Shown here: piece after piece, positions 11,001 through 23,000 of the stretch
How positions within the stretch are numbered: position 1 is the first letter of the stretch
Layout: every line of letters starts with the position of its first letter
From: Nemertoderma westbladi
Lineage: Eukaryota > Animalia > Xenacoelomorpha
Length of the DNA stretch: 33,135 nt
Reading direction: 5' to 3'
Assembly (NCBI GenBank): GCA_032718475.1
Contig: JAUCBJ010000481.1
Location: 1-33,135 of the forward strand
Notes under the pieces: model-generated
The model's input: only the letters and a program-made list of their open reading frames with translations
Told to the model about the DNA's origin: nothing
Database searches by the model: none
Position numbers and translations under genes: made by a program

Positions 11001-14000
11001 TTTTGTGTTTTTTTTTTGTTATTGTACGTACGCCGTAAACACCCGGTACTAGCATGTTATTGCTATTCGTGTCCGACCTACCATCAACTATATTATATTC
11101 AATTTAGAGCAATTTCTGCAATTATATTATGGTAAATATACATTCAAGTTCAAGTTATGACACGTCTGGCCCTCCTAACACACAAATATATAATGTAATG
11201 ATTCCTAAAACGACCAAAGAAAGATTCCACAGGTTTCAACTATAAATTTGCAACACCTCGTAAACATATTTGCATAGGACAAATACATGCTGAGTTTTAA
11301 ATAAACATTCAAGTTAACTATAGTCAAGAACTCCGTAATATGTATCACTTCTCAAATGCAGAGAAAATTCGCAAGCGAGCAATACATCCAATACATACAG
11401 CCTCACTTTGTACGGAACCCAAAGAACATATTAATTTGATAGATATTGTCCAACCTGTCGCTTTCATGGATGGCCAGGTGATTCAACTTGCCTACAATGA
11501 CTCCATAAAGTCTAAACTTGATTAAATGGTATCCAATGGAATCATTGTCCCTATAACTGAGCCCCTCCAAATAAACATGGTAGGGTTTGCATCACAATTT
11601 CATCACTGAGGAAACTGAACTGGTTGGTCTGTTGCCAGTTTACCAAATGAGGATCCCACATGATGCTGTCTCAGACATTCATCACGGTATGCTATTATTT
11701 TCAATAATGGACGCTATGGATAGCTCCTGTCAGGTTGCCCTGGATGCGCCCTCTAAGAGACCTACTACTGGTTGCATCCCTCATATCAACCACCAACTTA
11801 GAGACTGCCTATCAGAAGCTGAAAGAACTTGATCAAAGTGATTCAAAATCAAAGCCCACAGATCCACTGGCACCATACTGGCAACTCTGTGGACAATCCT
11901 GTATGACTGTCGAATCCTTGTTCCTAATTTATACATGGATCCCATCAAGGGATTAAGATAATTAAACAACACAATTCGGCAAAGATATCTTGAAGAACAA
12001 CCAACTAGGCCATTTGAAGTCTGCTCAGCTGACCTTTTCGCTTCTTTTTCTCATAAAAAACAATAGCCGTAATACACACTAAATACCAAAACAAAAAACC
12101 CATCATGTTGGGAACACTGAGGAAATCAGTGTAACTTCTGGTCATGTTTACTATGCCTCTGCAGCAGACTGCTTGTTTGTAACACTTGCTGGGGAAGTAA
12201 AAGTAAACACCCACCTCCCTACCACATATACCTCTAAGGTTTACAAAAATTTGTAAAAATGTTATTAATAAATTTATAATCAAACTCATAATTTATGTGT
12301 AATAATTCGATCTCACACTAAATAAGACAAACAAATTGTCAGGTTTTAATCAACATTATTTTGCTATATATTTTATCTCATGTGTTTATTCATAAAGGCT
12401 ATTAATTGTGCTAAATCACAAATAACTTACTATGATAATAATATTTCAACAATTATTAAATACCAGTACAGTAATGATGGCAGACACAGGTACTAATAAA
12501 CAAATTTCGTAATGATGACAGTGAAATTTATAACTACAATTAATTGATGCTTTACTGCAATTAATACTATGCATGTTAAGAATTATAATAGCGTTTTGAG
12601 ATATTGATTTGCTAAGCTGTGTAAATAATGTGATTAATAGATTTGCAGTATTTTAAATTATCATTAACTAATATTTATATGAAATATTCTACACATAACT
12701 ACCACATTGTGATAAATAAGTTATCTTAGTACAGGAATTAAGGTGTGTCTGTTAATATGTAATGTGAGTCCACTAAAACAACCGCACGGCTACTGCCATA
12801 GCGACAAGTAGCATAGCAATTGGAGCTGATTGATGGCGGGCATCCGAGGCATCTGGCTGTTATCTTTGCTGACTTCTTCAAGGCCTTTGATTCAGTCTCT
12901 CGCTCACGTATGTTCAGCATACTTTCATTATATGGGATTCCTGATGAAATTATTGCAGCAATCAGATCAGTATACGATGGTTCGACAACATTTGTGTCTA
13001 CTGTTGACGGTGACACAGAACCATTTGAAGTGTTATGGGGCGTCATCCAAGGAGACACACTTGCACCATTCTTGTTCATTATTGTGGTTGACTATGTTCT
13101 ACGCATGTCCTTAGATCATTATAATGATGATGGGGTGATGATAACTCCACCTACTGGCTCCAGAAGTCGAGGAAATCCTGCCAAGTACCTAACTGACCTA
13201 GACTTTGCTGATGACTTAGGAGTACTATCAGAATCATTAGAGGGAGCCCAACGGCTCCTCAGCTCATTAGAACATGCTGCTTCTAGTGTTGGTCTTTTTA
13301 TTAACTCCAGAAAGACCAAAATTCTGACAGTTAACTTTGAAAGTCCTCACCAAGTCTCTGATCGGATGAGCATAAACTCAAAGGATGGTATGCTTGAGCA
13401 TGTGGACGACTTCTGTTACCTGGGATCATGGATCCGGAAGTCAGGGGAGGACCTTCGAATACGTAAGGGAAAGGCTGGGGCAGCCTTGAATAGGCTTTCC
13501 AGGATTTGGAAGTCACCGAGAATTAATCGGAAACTTAAGGTCCGATTATTTAGAGCAGCAGTAGTTCCAGTACTCCTCTACGGGAGTCCATGCTGGGCTC
13601 TAACTGCTGAGGACACCAAATCTCTGGATGGCACATTCACAAGAATGCTACGCCGGGTTCATTGTGTCAAGTACAATGCACACATCTCCAACCAGACACT
13701 ATATAACATTGGACGTGTCTCATTGGTTCCCCCAAGCTTGACACTAGAACAAAATCGCCTAAGCTTTGCAGGACATTGCTTTCGCCGTGAGGACCAGCCA
13801 GTGCATAATCTTGTACTTTGGCAGCCTCATGGAGTGAATAAGCATGGTGGACAGCCCATGACTTTCTTGAGACGCATCTTAAAGGACACTGGCCTTAAAG
13901 ATGCAGATGATCTAGCAAATGTCATGGGTGATAGGGAGTTGTGGCGGTGCAATTTTGTTGACAAGCCGGCACAGCATTCTTAAAAATGCAGCTGCAATGC

Positions 14001-17000
14001 AGCATGCCGATCATAGTAGTAGTAGTAGTATCCGAGAACTCCAATAACACATCGTTATTCCAATTGACTTCACCCCCGACACCGATGGGGTTATCATTCC
14101 ACACCGTATCTGGGCAGGTCCCCTCGCAACACTGAACTTCACACTGTATTTGTTTTGTAGAAAACATTTAACATCTAACATAAAACATCTAATCTAACTC
14201 GTTACCCATTAAATCCTCAAACACAGAAAGGCAATCTTCCTGATTATAATCCAAACAGGGCTCTGCTGCATTTATGCACAGAAGATTCTGGACAATAAAT
14301 AGCCTTTTATATGTCTTATCATTCTGAAACGTTGTTCCTCCCACTAACTGAGAACTATCCTGACAATACGTACAAATCATATTCAGTGGTTGTACTGGGC
14401 TATAAACTACCAATCGCATCTTCAATGATTTTGTCATTTACCTTGACAGACAACTTCGTCAATCCGGTTTCACAAATATAGGCAGCTGTGCATATCGTTA
14501 ATTGCAAAGCAGCACAAAGTAGCACAAAAACACACCGATATGATTTCTCCATTCTAACTACGAATATAACCTTTGAGATAAACAACAGTAACTAATGAGA
14601 ACTACAAGACTATAACGACATTAACCCTATTAAACACCCCACCCCGTGGTTGTTTGTTACAACTCTGAAACAAACGCAGTTTGGAATGTAAAATATTATG
14701 ACTTTTCCTAAAACTCTATATCTTCCTAATATAATAGTAAAAACGGTTTTTAAAAATATTGTGAACTTTTCGAGTACGCACCATTTTTAACCCTACTTAT
14801 GTCTCTAATTTTTTGAGGTTTTTTGAAAAATACTTTTCATGAAATATGATTTGTAAAACCTCTATTTTTGAGTTACACTGGTTTTTTGTATTTGCAATTC
14901 GTTGGAATACATATAATATGTGCTAGAAATTTCAAACTTGTTTTTTCAGCGGGTGCCAAATTTTGGTTCTAGCACAACAATTGTTATATAATGTCATTAT
15001 TGTAAATTGATTGTGTGAACCTGTTTTTGGTTTTTGGTTTTTTGGTTTTGGTTTTTTGGGGCTCTGGTTTCGATGGAATATTACGAGTTGCACCAGGTAT
15101 GTCAAACTTAAATTCTTCTGTGCTGTATGCAAACTTTGGTACCAACACATGTGGCAACATATTTCTCGCACTATACAGGTTCATGGGGGTTCTGAATTCA
15201 ATGGAATAAATTAAAATCTAACGAGACATTTCAAACTTGTATTTTTTGAAAGTGGGTGCGAAATTTGGTGCTAGCACCAAAATTTGCGATATTACGCAAA
15301 AAATACGACTAGCAATGATCTGATTAGAAATGTATTCCCTTATAATCAGCGCCCCAGAAAACCTAAAAAAGTGAATTTATAGCATGATATAATTCAATGA
15401 ATTGTTTTGTGTTCAAAATGAAAAGTTCTGTTTACTTGTTTTTTTCATTATTGCCGACGTAGGGGACTAAAACTGCAATATATAGTATCCAGATGATTTT
15501 TAAATATCTTACAATGGAATCAGCCAATCAATCAATTGAATTTTTTTCTTCGTTGAGATCCAGAATAGTGAAATATACGTACAAACCCGAAATCATGCGT
15601 TTCCGTTTGATAATATATAATATGCGCCCCACTCGGGGCAAAGGGAAACGAATAATTAATTAATTATAAACATTCAATAAAATCAGAACACAATAAAAGA
15701 GGAGGTTTAAAATATATATATTGGCTTAATATAAGTTATGTGGGGTGGGGGGGGGGGGGGGGTGGTGGTTGTCACATTGCTGCCAGCTCGGCCAAAGTTG
15801 GGCAGTGTGTACAGTTAAGTGCATGGTAGCGGTGGTCGCACGGGCCACTACAATATTTGCAGCGACAGCCTATTTATTGCGAGGGGATGGAAACTCTGCG
15901 TATTAAGACAGATCACGTGGTGAAAACCATGCGATGTGGTACGCGTAACCACGTTGCGGTTCCGTTGTCCTGGAAGTTTCCAGGTGGACCCTGTGAAGGC
16001 CGGTCCTTCCAGATAGCCTTCGCTACGGAAGTTTTCTTCCCGTTCTGCCCGGTGTTCGCGGTATTGGGCGATGACTATGGGATCGAATACGGTTGGAGTT
16101 TTACGGAGAATCGATTCCACGAAAGTTTGCTCACCGTCACCTACCATTTTGAGGGCCAAGGTGGATGAAGCAGAAGAGTGTAATCCGAGTAAACGTTTCA
16201 TATGTGTTGCTTTGATTTTGTCGAGTTCCTTGAGATGAGTAACTCTTAGAAATTTACCGAATGCGGCTAGAGCGTAGGTTACGGACGGAGCGATTTTCAT
16301 GTTAAATACCATAATACCAGTTTTTATTGAGAGCCGTTGCAAATTATGTATCGAGCCTATAATCTTATATGATGTTTCTTTCTTTTCTTTTATATGATTG
16401 GAAAAACAGAGTGATGGTTGTAAGATAACGCCCAAATATTCGTATTGCTTTGATATTTCAACAAGTTTACCATTGTATTGGAACCTATCTAATGCTGATA
16501 GCCGACCTGCTTTCCTGAATTTCATAATCTTGGTTTTGGTCAAATTGACATCCATTCCGTTTTCAATGGACCACCTATGGAGGGCATCTAAACCTAGTTG
16601 GACGTCATCCTGATTGGTGGAGTAAAACACCAGATCGTCTGCAAAGAAGAGGAACATCAGGCATGCCGATGCAGAATGCAGAGCAAGGGCCAAGTCCGCG
16701 ATGAAGATGATAAATGTCACCGGTGACAAACAATCTCCCTGTAGAATTCCACGGAGTTGGTGGATTAAGTTGGAGAATCTAAGGCCGTCGAATATGGTTA
16801 AATAATTATCTAGTAGGTCCTTAATTATATTATATATTCTCCCTTTGATACCCATCTTATATAACTTGAATAATAATTTTGCACGGCTAACCATGTCGAA
16901 CGCCTTGCGAAAATCTATAAATGCGGCATAGACAATACGGTTGCTGGTGTTCGAGTTTATAACAGATGATATATCATTCAGGAGGTTGTTTATCGCTTGG

Positions 17001-20000
17001 GTTGTTGATTTACCTGCAACGAATCCAAATTGTTCATTGGGGATTTGATGTGATATCGCTGAACGGATACGTTTGTTAATGATTGAAGTCATAACTTTTA
17101 GTAAGACACATAACAAGGCTATTCCTCGGTAGTTGTCTGGGTTGGTAATCGTTCCCCTTCCCTTGTAAAGAATCTTTATTATGCTTTGTTTCCATGTGGT
17201 TGGCAGTCTGCCGATATTGAGAATAAGATTGAACAGCACTGTGATATAGCAGAGTAGAGTTGGTAAGCACTGTCTCAGGTGTTCATTGTACAATTTATCC
17301 GGGCCGCAAGCTTTCCGGTTCTTTGTATTATTTATAGTGGCCTCGATCTCTTCGCTAGTAAACTCGGCATTGTACCATTCATCCGAGTTGAGTTCGTCGT
17401 CTGGGGGGACTGGTATATCCTCACAGTTAGGGGGGGTGTTGGCAGCACCGAGAATGGATTGGAAATGGGTTTCGAGGCGGACCGCATCAATGGGGGCTAT
17501 ATTGGATGTATGTCCGTCGAACAATCGCCAAGGTTTAAGTTCGGCGTCATTGAGACGGCTAAGAATGAGTTCTTCTTCATAGTTTTGCCGCTTGATCTTC
17601 ATGAGTTGTTTGTATTGCTTCCGTTTGTATTGCTTGCGTTTCCGTTGATATTGTAAATTTTACAAGGGGGGGGGGGGGGTCAATATGACCCTTTCCCGGT
17701 ATTTGTACAACATTTTATAGCCCGTACTAATAATGGTTAACCGATTGGCCGATTAGCCAGTGGGGAAATCGGTTTTGTGACACTGATCCAATTAAAATAT
17801 CGTGCTAAACCTGGTCTAATGTGAAAAAAAATATTGGTGACACCTTTACAAGCATCGTTTCACCAGTCATGTATATTTGGTTGTCAAAATAATATAAGTA
17901 TCTAAGAAAGTCTCCTCCTGTCTTACCTATTAGTTTACTGTACTGGTAGTAAGACATGACTGTACTGGTAGTAAGACATATGTAATTTTAATGTTACCGC
18001 AATTTTGGTAGGCTAACCGGCCTATCTAGTATCTTGGATTCTGAGATTTGCTGAACGCCTCTGAATACAAAGGGACGGTCGGGCTGAAGGCCTGGATAAG
18101 TAAACTGTAAAGTAAAGTAAGGTCATAAGCTCTAAGGACGGCTTGCTTGAGCAAGTGGATGACTTCTGCTTCTGCTACTTGGGATCATTGATCAGAAAGT
18201 CAGGAAGAAGAAAGAAGAAAGAAGAAAGAAGACCTTCGGAAACATAAGGGGAAGGCATGGGTAGCTTTAAATAGTCTCTCCAGGATTTGGAAGTCCCATA
18301 GAATAAAACGGAACCTTTAGGTTCGATTATTTATGGCAGTAGTAGTACCTGTACTCGTATATGGGAGTCCATGCTGGGAGTCCATGATTATTAAATCATT
18401 CATCCATATTGGACGTGTTAAATAGGTCTATTATATTATATTTCCATATTAGCATGTTGGACGATTTATCATTTTGCAAAGTACTGAATGTTGTAAGTTA
18501 TATAATTGGTGACCAGGGCCGAGTTCCACAAAGAAACTTAAATCTGCACTTAACTTAATGGAAAACTAAGTTAAAAATAAGAAAATCTTTGTAATTCATC
18601 TGTATCCTGAGTCACGTATGTAGGGAAAGCCGAGATTTCGTGACTTTTCCTAAAATGTAATGGCTATACAACAGAGCAACGCCATTTTCATGTCTATGTT
18701 AGTTTTCATCCTGTGGCCCCTTTCTGGCACCCGTGCTAAAATTTTCAAAAGTTTTTATGGCTCACTCAAATTATTTTATTTGTGGTATGGCGGTTTTCAT
18801 GCATGCTGATCCTGGTCATGATTATAGAACTCAAATATAACATTCGAGAAAATTTTCGGTAATTTTTAAAGTCCTCGCTGGGGCAAGAAAAAGAGAATAG
18901 GTGGAATTTGTGACAATACCTACTTAAAAGCAGTGACAACAGTCAGCCACAGTCCAAAAATGGTTGACCATTACCGGTATCAAAAATGGCCCTAAACAAT
19001 GTGAATAATAGTAGATCGAAGTCCTTAAAGTAATTCTGCCAAGTTTCCGCTCCGCGTATCACCGGCAAGTCGTAGGAAAGCAGTCAAATGTGTGGTGACA
19101 ACACACAAAATGTCCGGACAACACTCTAAACCATAAATTCAGTATTCTGCAATACAGCAATACGATCGATTAATTGATTCTTTGCCGATAATTTTTTTTT
19201 AATCATAATAATAGCATCAGCATTTACATAATGTAGAAAGTAATTAATATATAAGACACATAACACGCTCTGTAAGAAAAAACTAAAACCCACCACTCAG
19301 CTGAAATAGCCTGTTGCCCGGCAACCATAGAAACATAAACAATGTTAAATGCACACACCATTTGTGCTCTTTCATAGTCTACGTCCAGATACGGCTGCCT
19401 ACCGCAGAGCGGGTACAGATTACAGAGGTGAGGGCATTCCTACACCGTCCTCAAACCCCAGACTACTGCTTCAACATTTGGTGGGGGATCCGCGCAAGCA
19501 GTGGGAGGTCTATTGGACAACCGCAAACAGCACCCTGGAGCGAACCCAACCCATAATGGAGGAGTAAGTAGGGGTTTATGTTAGATCATAAGGTACCTGG
19601 TTACCCCGCTTAAATGGTGCCCCTGAGCTTTCTGTTCGACATTATATCAACTAAATATAGTTGCGAAGTTTTTATAGGTCCCCAACCATGCCCTTTTGAC
19701 TGCTTCAATTTTTACAGCCTTAAAATGAACTTAAATATTACTTTTACACTTTACTAAGTGCGAACTTAGATCTAAGTTAAGTAAGTTCCACAAAGCTGCA
19801 CTTAGTAAAGTCAAAACTTTAATTTAAGTTTGCACTTAACTGCTTCTAATTTTTCTCTATCCTGTTTGATTACAGCTCATGATAAACGATTTACCTAAAG
19901 AATCATGTAAGTTGGCAGGCCTACCACTGATTTAGGTTCCAATTAATAGGGCCCCTACTGTATCAATGTCGGAGGAAAAGAGAAAGCGCGGCAAGACTTG

Positions 20001-23000
20001 GCCCTAGGCTGCCAAATTGCACTTAGTTGAAATTTACGAACAATACCATGAATTACTAACCTTCAATTTCGGAAAACCGGGTGACTCTAAAAATTCTAAA
20101 TTAAACGCGCTGGACAACTTGCACCAAGAATGGCAGCAAAGAATCCCGAATTCCAAATAGAAAAAGAGAATTTAATGAAAAAAATTGAAAATCTACGATA
20201 CGATACGAGAAAGTATCAGACGAATCAATGGAAACACATCACGGGAGGCAGACTAAAACCCGTGGAACAGATTCATCTTTACATAACAGGTTCTTCTTCG
20301 TCATCGTCGTCCATTGGTTCATGAAAGTTAATAACAAAATTATGAATTATAGCGCAGCCTCCAATCACGCTGCAAAACTTTTGTGGAGTAAACCACAGCT
20401 CACCGTGGAGACAGTGAAACCTGCGTTTCAGACGACCAAAGGTCCTTTCGATAATTGAACGGGTCTTGTTATGGGCAGTGTTATATCTGCGCTCCCTATC
20501 ATCCACTGGATACAGAACAGGGGTCAATATGGATTGTCCTGATGCATATCCCCCACCCCCAAGCAAAATTCATAGTCTTTCATGCTTCTCGAACTGAAAG
20601 TATATTGCGCTCGACCGAAATATGCGGGAATCAGCCACCAAATTGGTTAATTTTCCATTGTTAGTGCAAATTGCTTGAACGTTGAGACTGTATTTTGAGA
20701 CGTGAATGTGTTCTCCCACCACTTCCAGGAACGAGCCGGATGCAAAGTAAAATTAAGTAAAGAAAAATTTCGCACTGTTGTGTCCCTAGGCAAGCACTTT
20801 AGACATTAGTGCCTACGTCTACCCAGCGGTATAATGGGAACCTGGCTTTGCTGGGGTAATGATAATAAAAGCGCTTTGAGTATGCCGAGCATAATAAAGC
20901 GCTATATAAATAACCAATATTATTATTATTATTGTTATTAAAGAATCTAAGTGCAATTGCCACTTGGGTTTCAACACTTAATGCGTGACTGCGGTTAGTT
21001 GATCTCTCTAGACTATCTGTTAAAAGCTCGCATATCTTCTGAAACGATTCCTTTGAGAACCGATATCTGTGGTAGAATTCTATATCGCTCCAATAGTCCA
21101 CTGGTGAAATGTGTTCCTGAAAGTTTCGCACATTTGGCGCAATTGCAAGTGGTCCGACTCCAACTGGCATAAGACCGTTGGTTTCAAGTCCAGCAACATT
21201 GGGAAGGTCCATTATTATGCCAGTGCAATGTATTTATTGTGCAAATGACATCAAAAACAGTAACTTATGAATAAATCAATACGAACAGTATTACTAATAA
21301 CTTATTAGTTAATTATTAATTAATATTAATATTAATACTAATTAATTATTAAATAATAAATTTTTTGTGTATTAATTTATCATAATTGTATAAATTTCCA
21401 CTACTAAAAATTATAATAACCAACATTTAATTCCGTTACTGGTAGGATAGTTAATTGTGTCTGGAAGTTATTCTCCAACTTGATCGCTCAAGTGAACTAA
21501 TAGCAAACTTAAATTTTGCACTTACACTTGACCTTAATTTAAGTTAAGTTTGTTTGTGGAACCCGACACCACTTAGTTTTCCACTTAGATTTTTCACTTA
21601 GATTTTATAAGTTTGCACTGAGATAGAGTTTGTAGAATTTGTAGGGGTTCCTAAGTGCACTTAGATTTAAGTTTCTTTGTGGAACTCGGCCCAGATGTAG
21701 AGGACGAGTGCAACGAGAGTTGTAATAAAGACGAGTACTGTGTTAACTATACCCTAAGCCACCTGGTTTGCATATTGACATATATATACCATTTTGCTCA
21801 AAGAATACAGGTAGTCTTATTTTATTTTATTTTTTGTGACGGGATCGGAGATCCCGACCAGGTTAGAAATGTACGCATCACTGTTCTGCTAGGGGATCGT
21901 GCTACTAGCTTTGGCCGAGGCCATTTGGGAAAAACAGTGAAAGTTCCTGTTGTCTCTCGATATTAATTAATATGGACGATAATAGCACGTCAGTAGATAA
22001 AAGCAGAAAATACAGAGTAATTGTTACCGGTATGGCGGTGGCGGTCATTAACTATGACCGGTCTGCACTCACTGAACTGAATAACACAACTGACCAGTAA
22101 ACCAGTAATGTAAGATAATATATTATTAATACATTAAATATTGGTTTACCTCCTACTCTACCTTTGGCCCTCTACCCAATGGATGCTTTCCTGTTCCCTA
22201 TCACATGCTTCCCTCCCCACTATTGGCTAATATACTACTTGTCACTTTGGCAGTCCCTGGGAGTGTTTCCCCTCCGCTGCTAGCCTCTACTAGCTGCCTT
22301 CCCTCCGAGGTGGTTTGACCTCTCACCTTTCTCTGTGGCTTTGGGGCTTGTGTCCCCCCCCCCCCCCCCCCCCCAATGTTGGTTATGATACGAGATTAAT
22401 ATTGGTAATCTCGTATCCCCAACATATTGCTAAAATGCCACTAGTCCCATTTTCTGGTGGGTAATGAAGTAGAATTGAATCCGCTTACATTTTTACTTGA
22501 GAATCCCTGGGGCATGCGTGCTAGTGTAATTAAAATTTGTATATTGCGTGTGCAGGAATATTTTTTATTATACTAAACAATTAGTAAGTAACAAGTAACA
22601 AATATTAATTAAGTAGTTTTATAGCAACAGGAACTACAATGGAGTAGAATTGAGTGTATGTATTTATGTGTGTCGGTTATATACAATAGATACAATGGAA
22701 GATAGTAATAATCTTATTTTATTAAATAAAATAAAATGTATCAAAGCCAGCCAAAGTTCATTCAGTTTAATGTTGTTCTACAAACGGTTACGCTAATTGG
22801 TTAATGTTTTAATTTAGTTAATTAGTTACAATGATACCATTTTGGAATGGGTATAAAGGTGTGGCTAAACACAGTTAATGTGAAACACAGCTGTGTGACA
22901 GGCCTATACACTGCTGACTTACTACTTCTGTACCGGTACCGTACCTAATACCTGTACATTTTGTATGATTTATTGTGAAATTATACTGTAATATGAGTAG

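Larger units (their letters stand above)
18517..21691. mobile_element. PIF/Harbinger DNA transposon (defective)
   Basis: TIR GGCCGAGTTCCACAAAGAAACTTAAATCT at both ends, 3-bp TSD CAG (18514-16, 21692-94), transposase and Myb/SANT-like remnants inside. Confidence 0.92.

Noticed and set aside
11020-11055. Helitron 3' end (hairpin plus CTAG)
   Set aside because: The hairpin is weak, spacing is atypical and no 5' end was found
12820-17602. Reverse transcriptases as retron, DGR or group II intron systems acting on the repeated EGF exons
   Set aside because: Motifs, 5' truncation, tails and TSDs identify ordinary non-LTR retrotransposons; exon differences show no adenine-specific pattern
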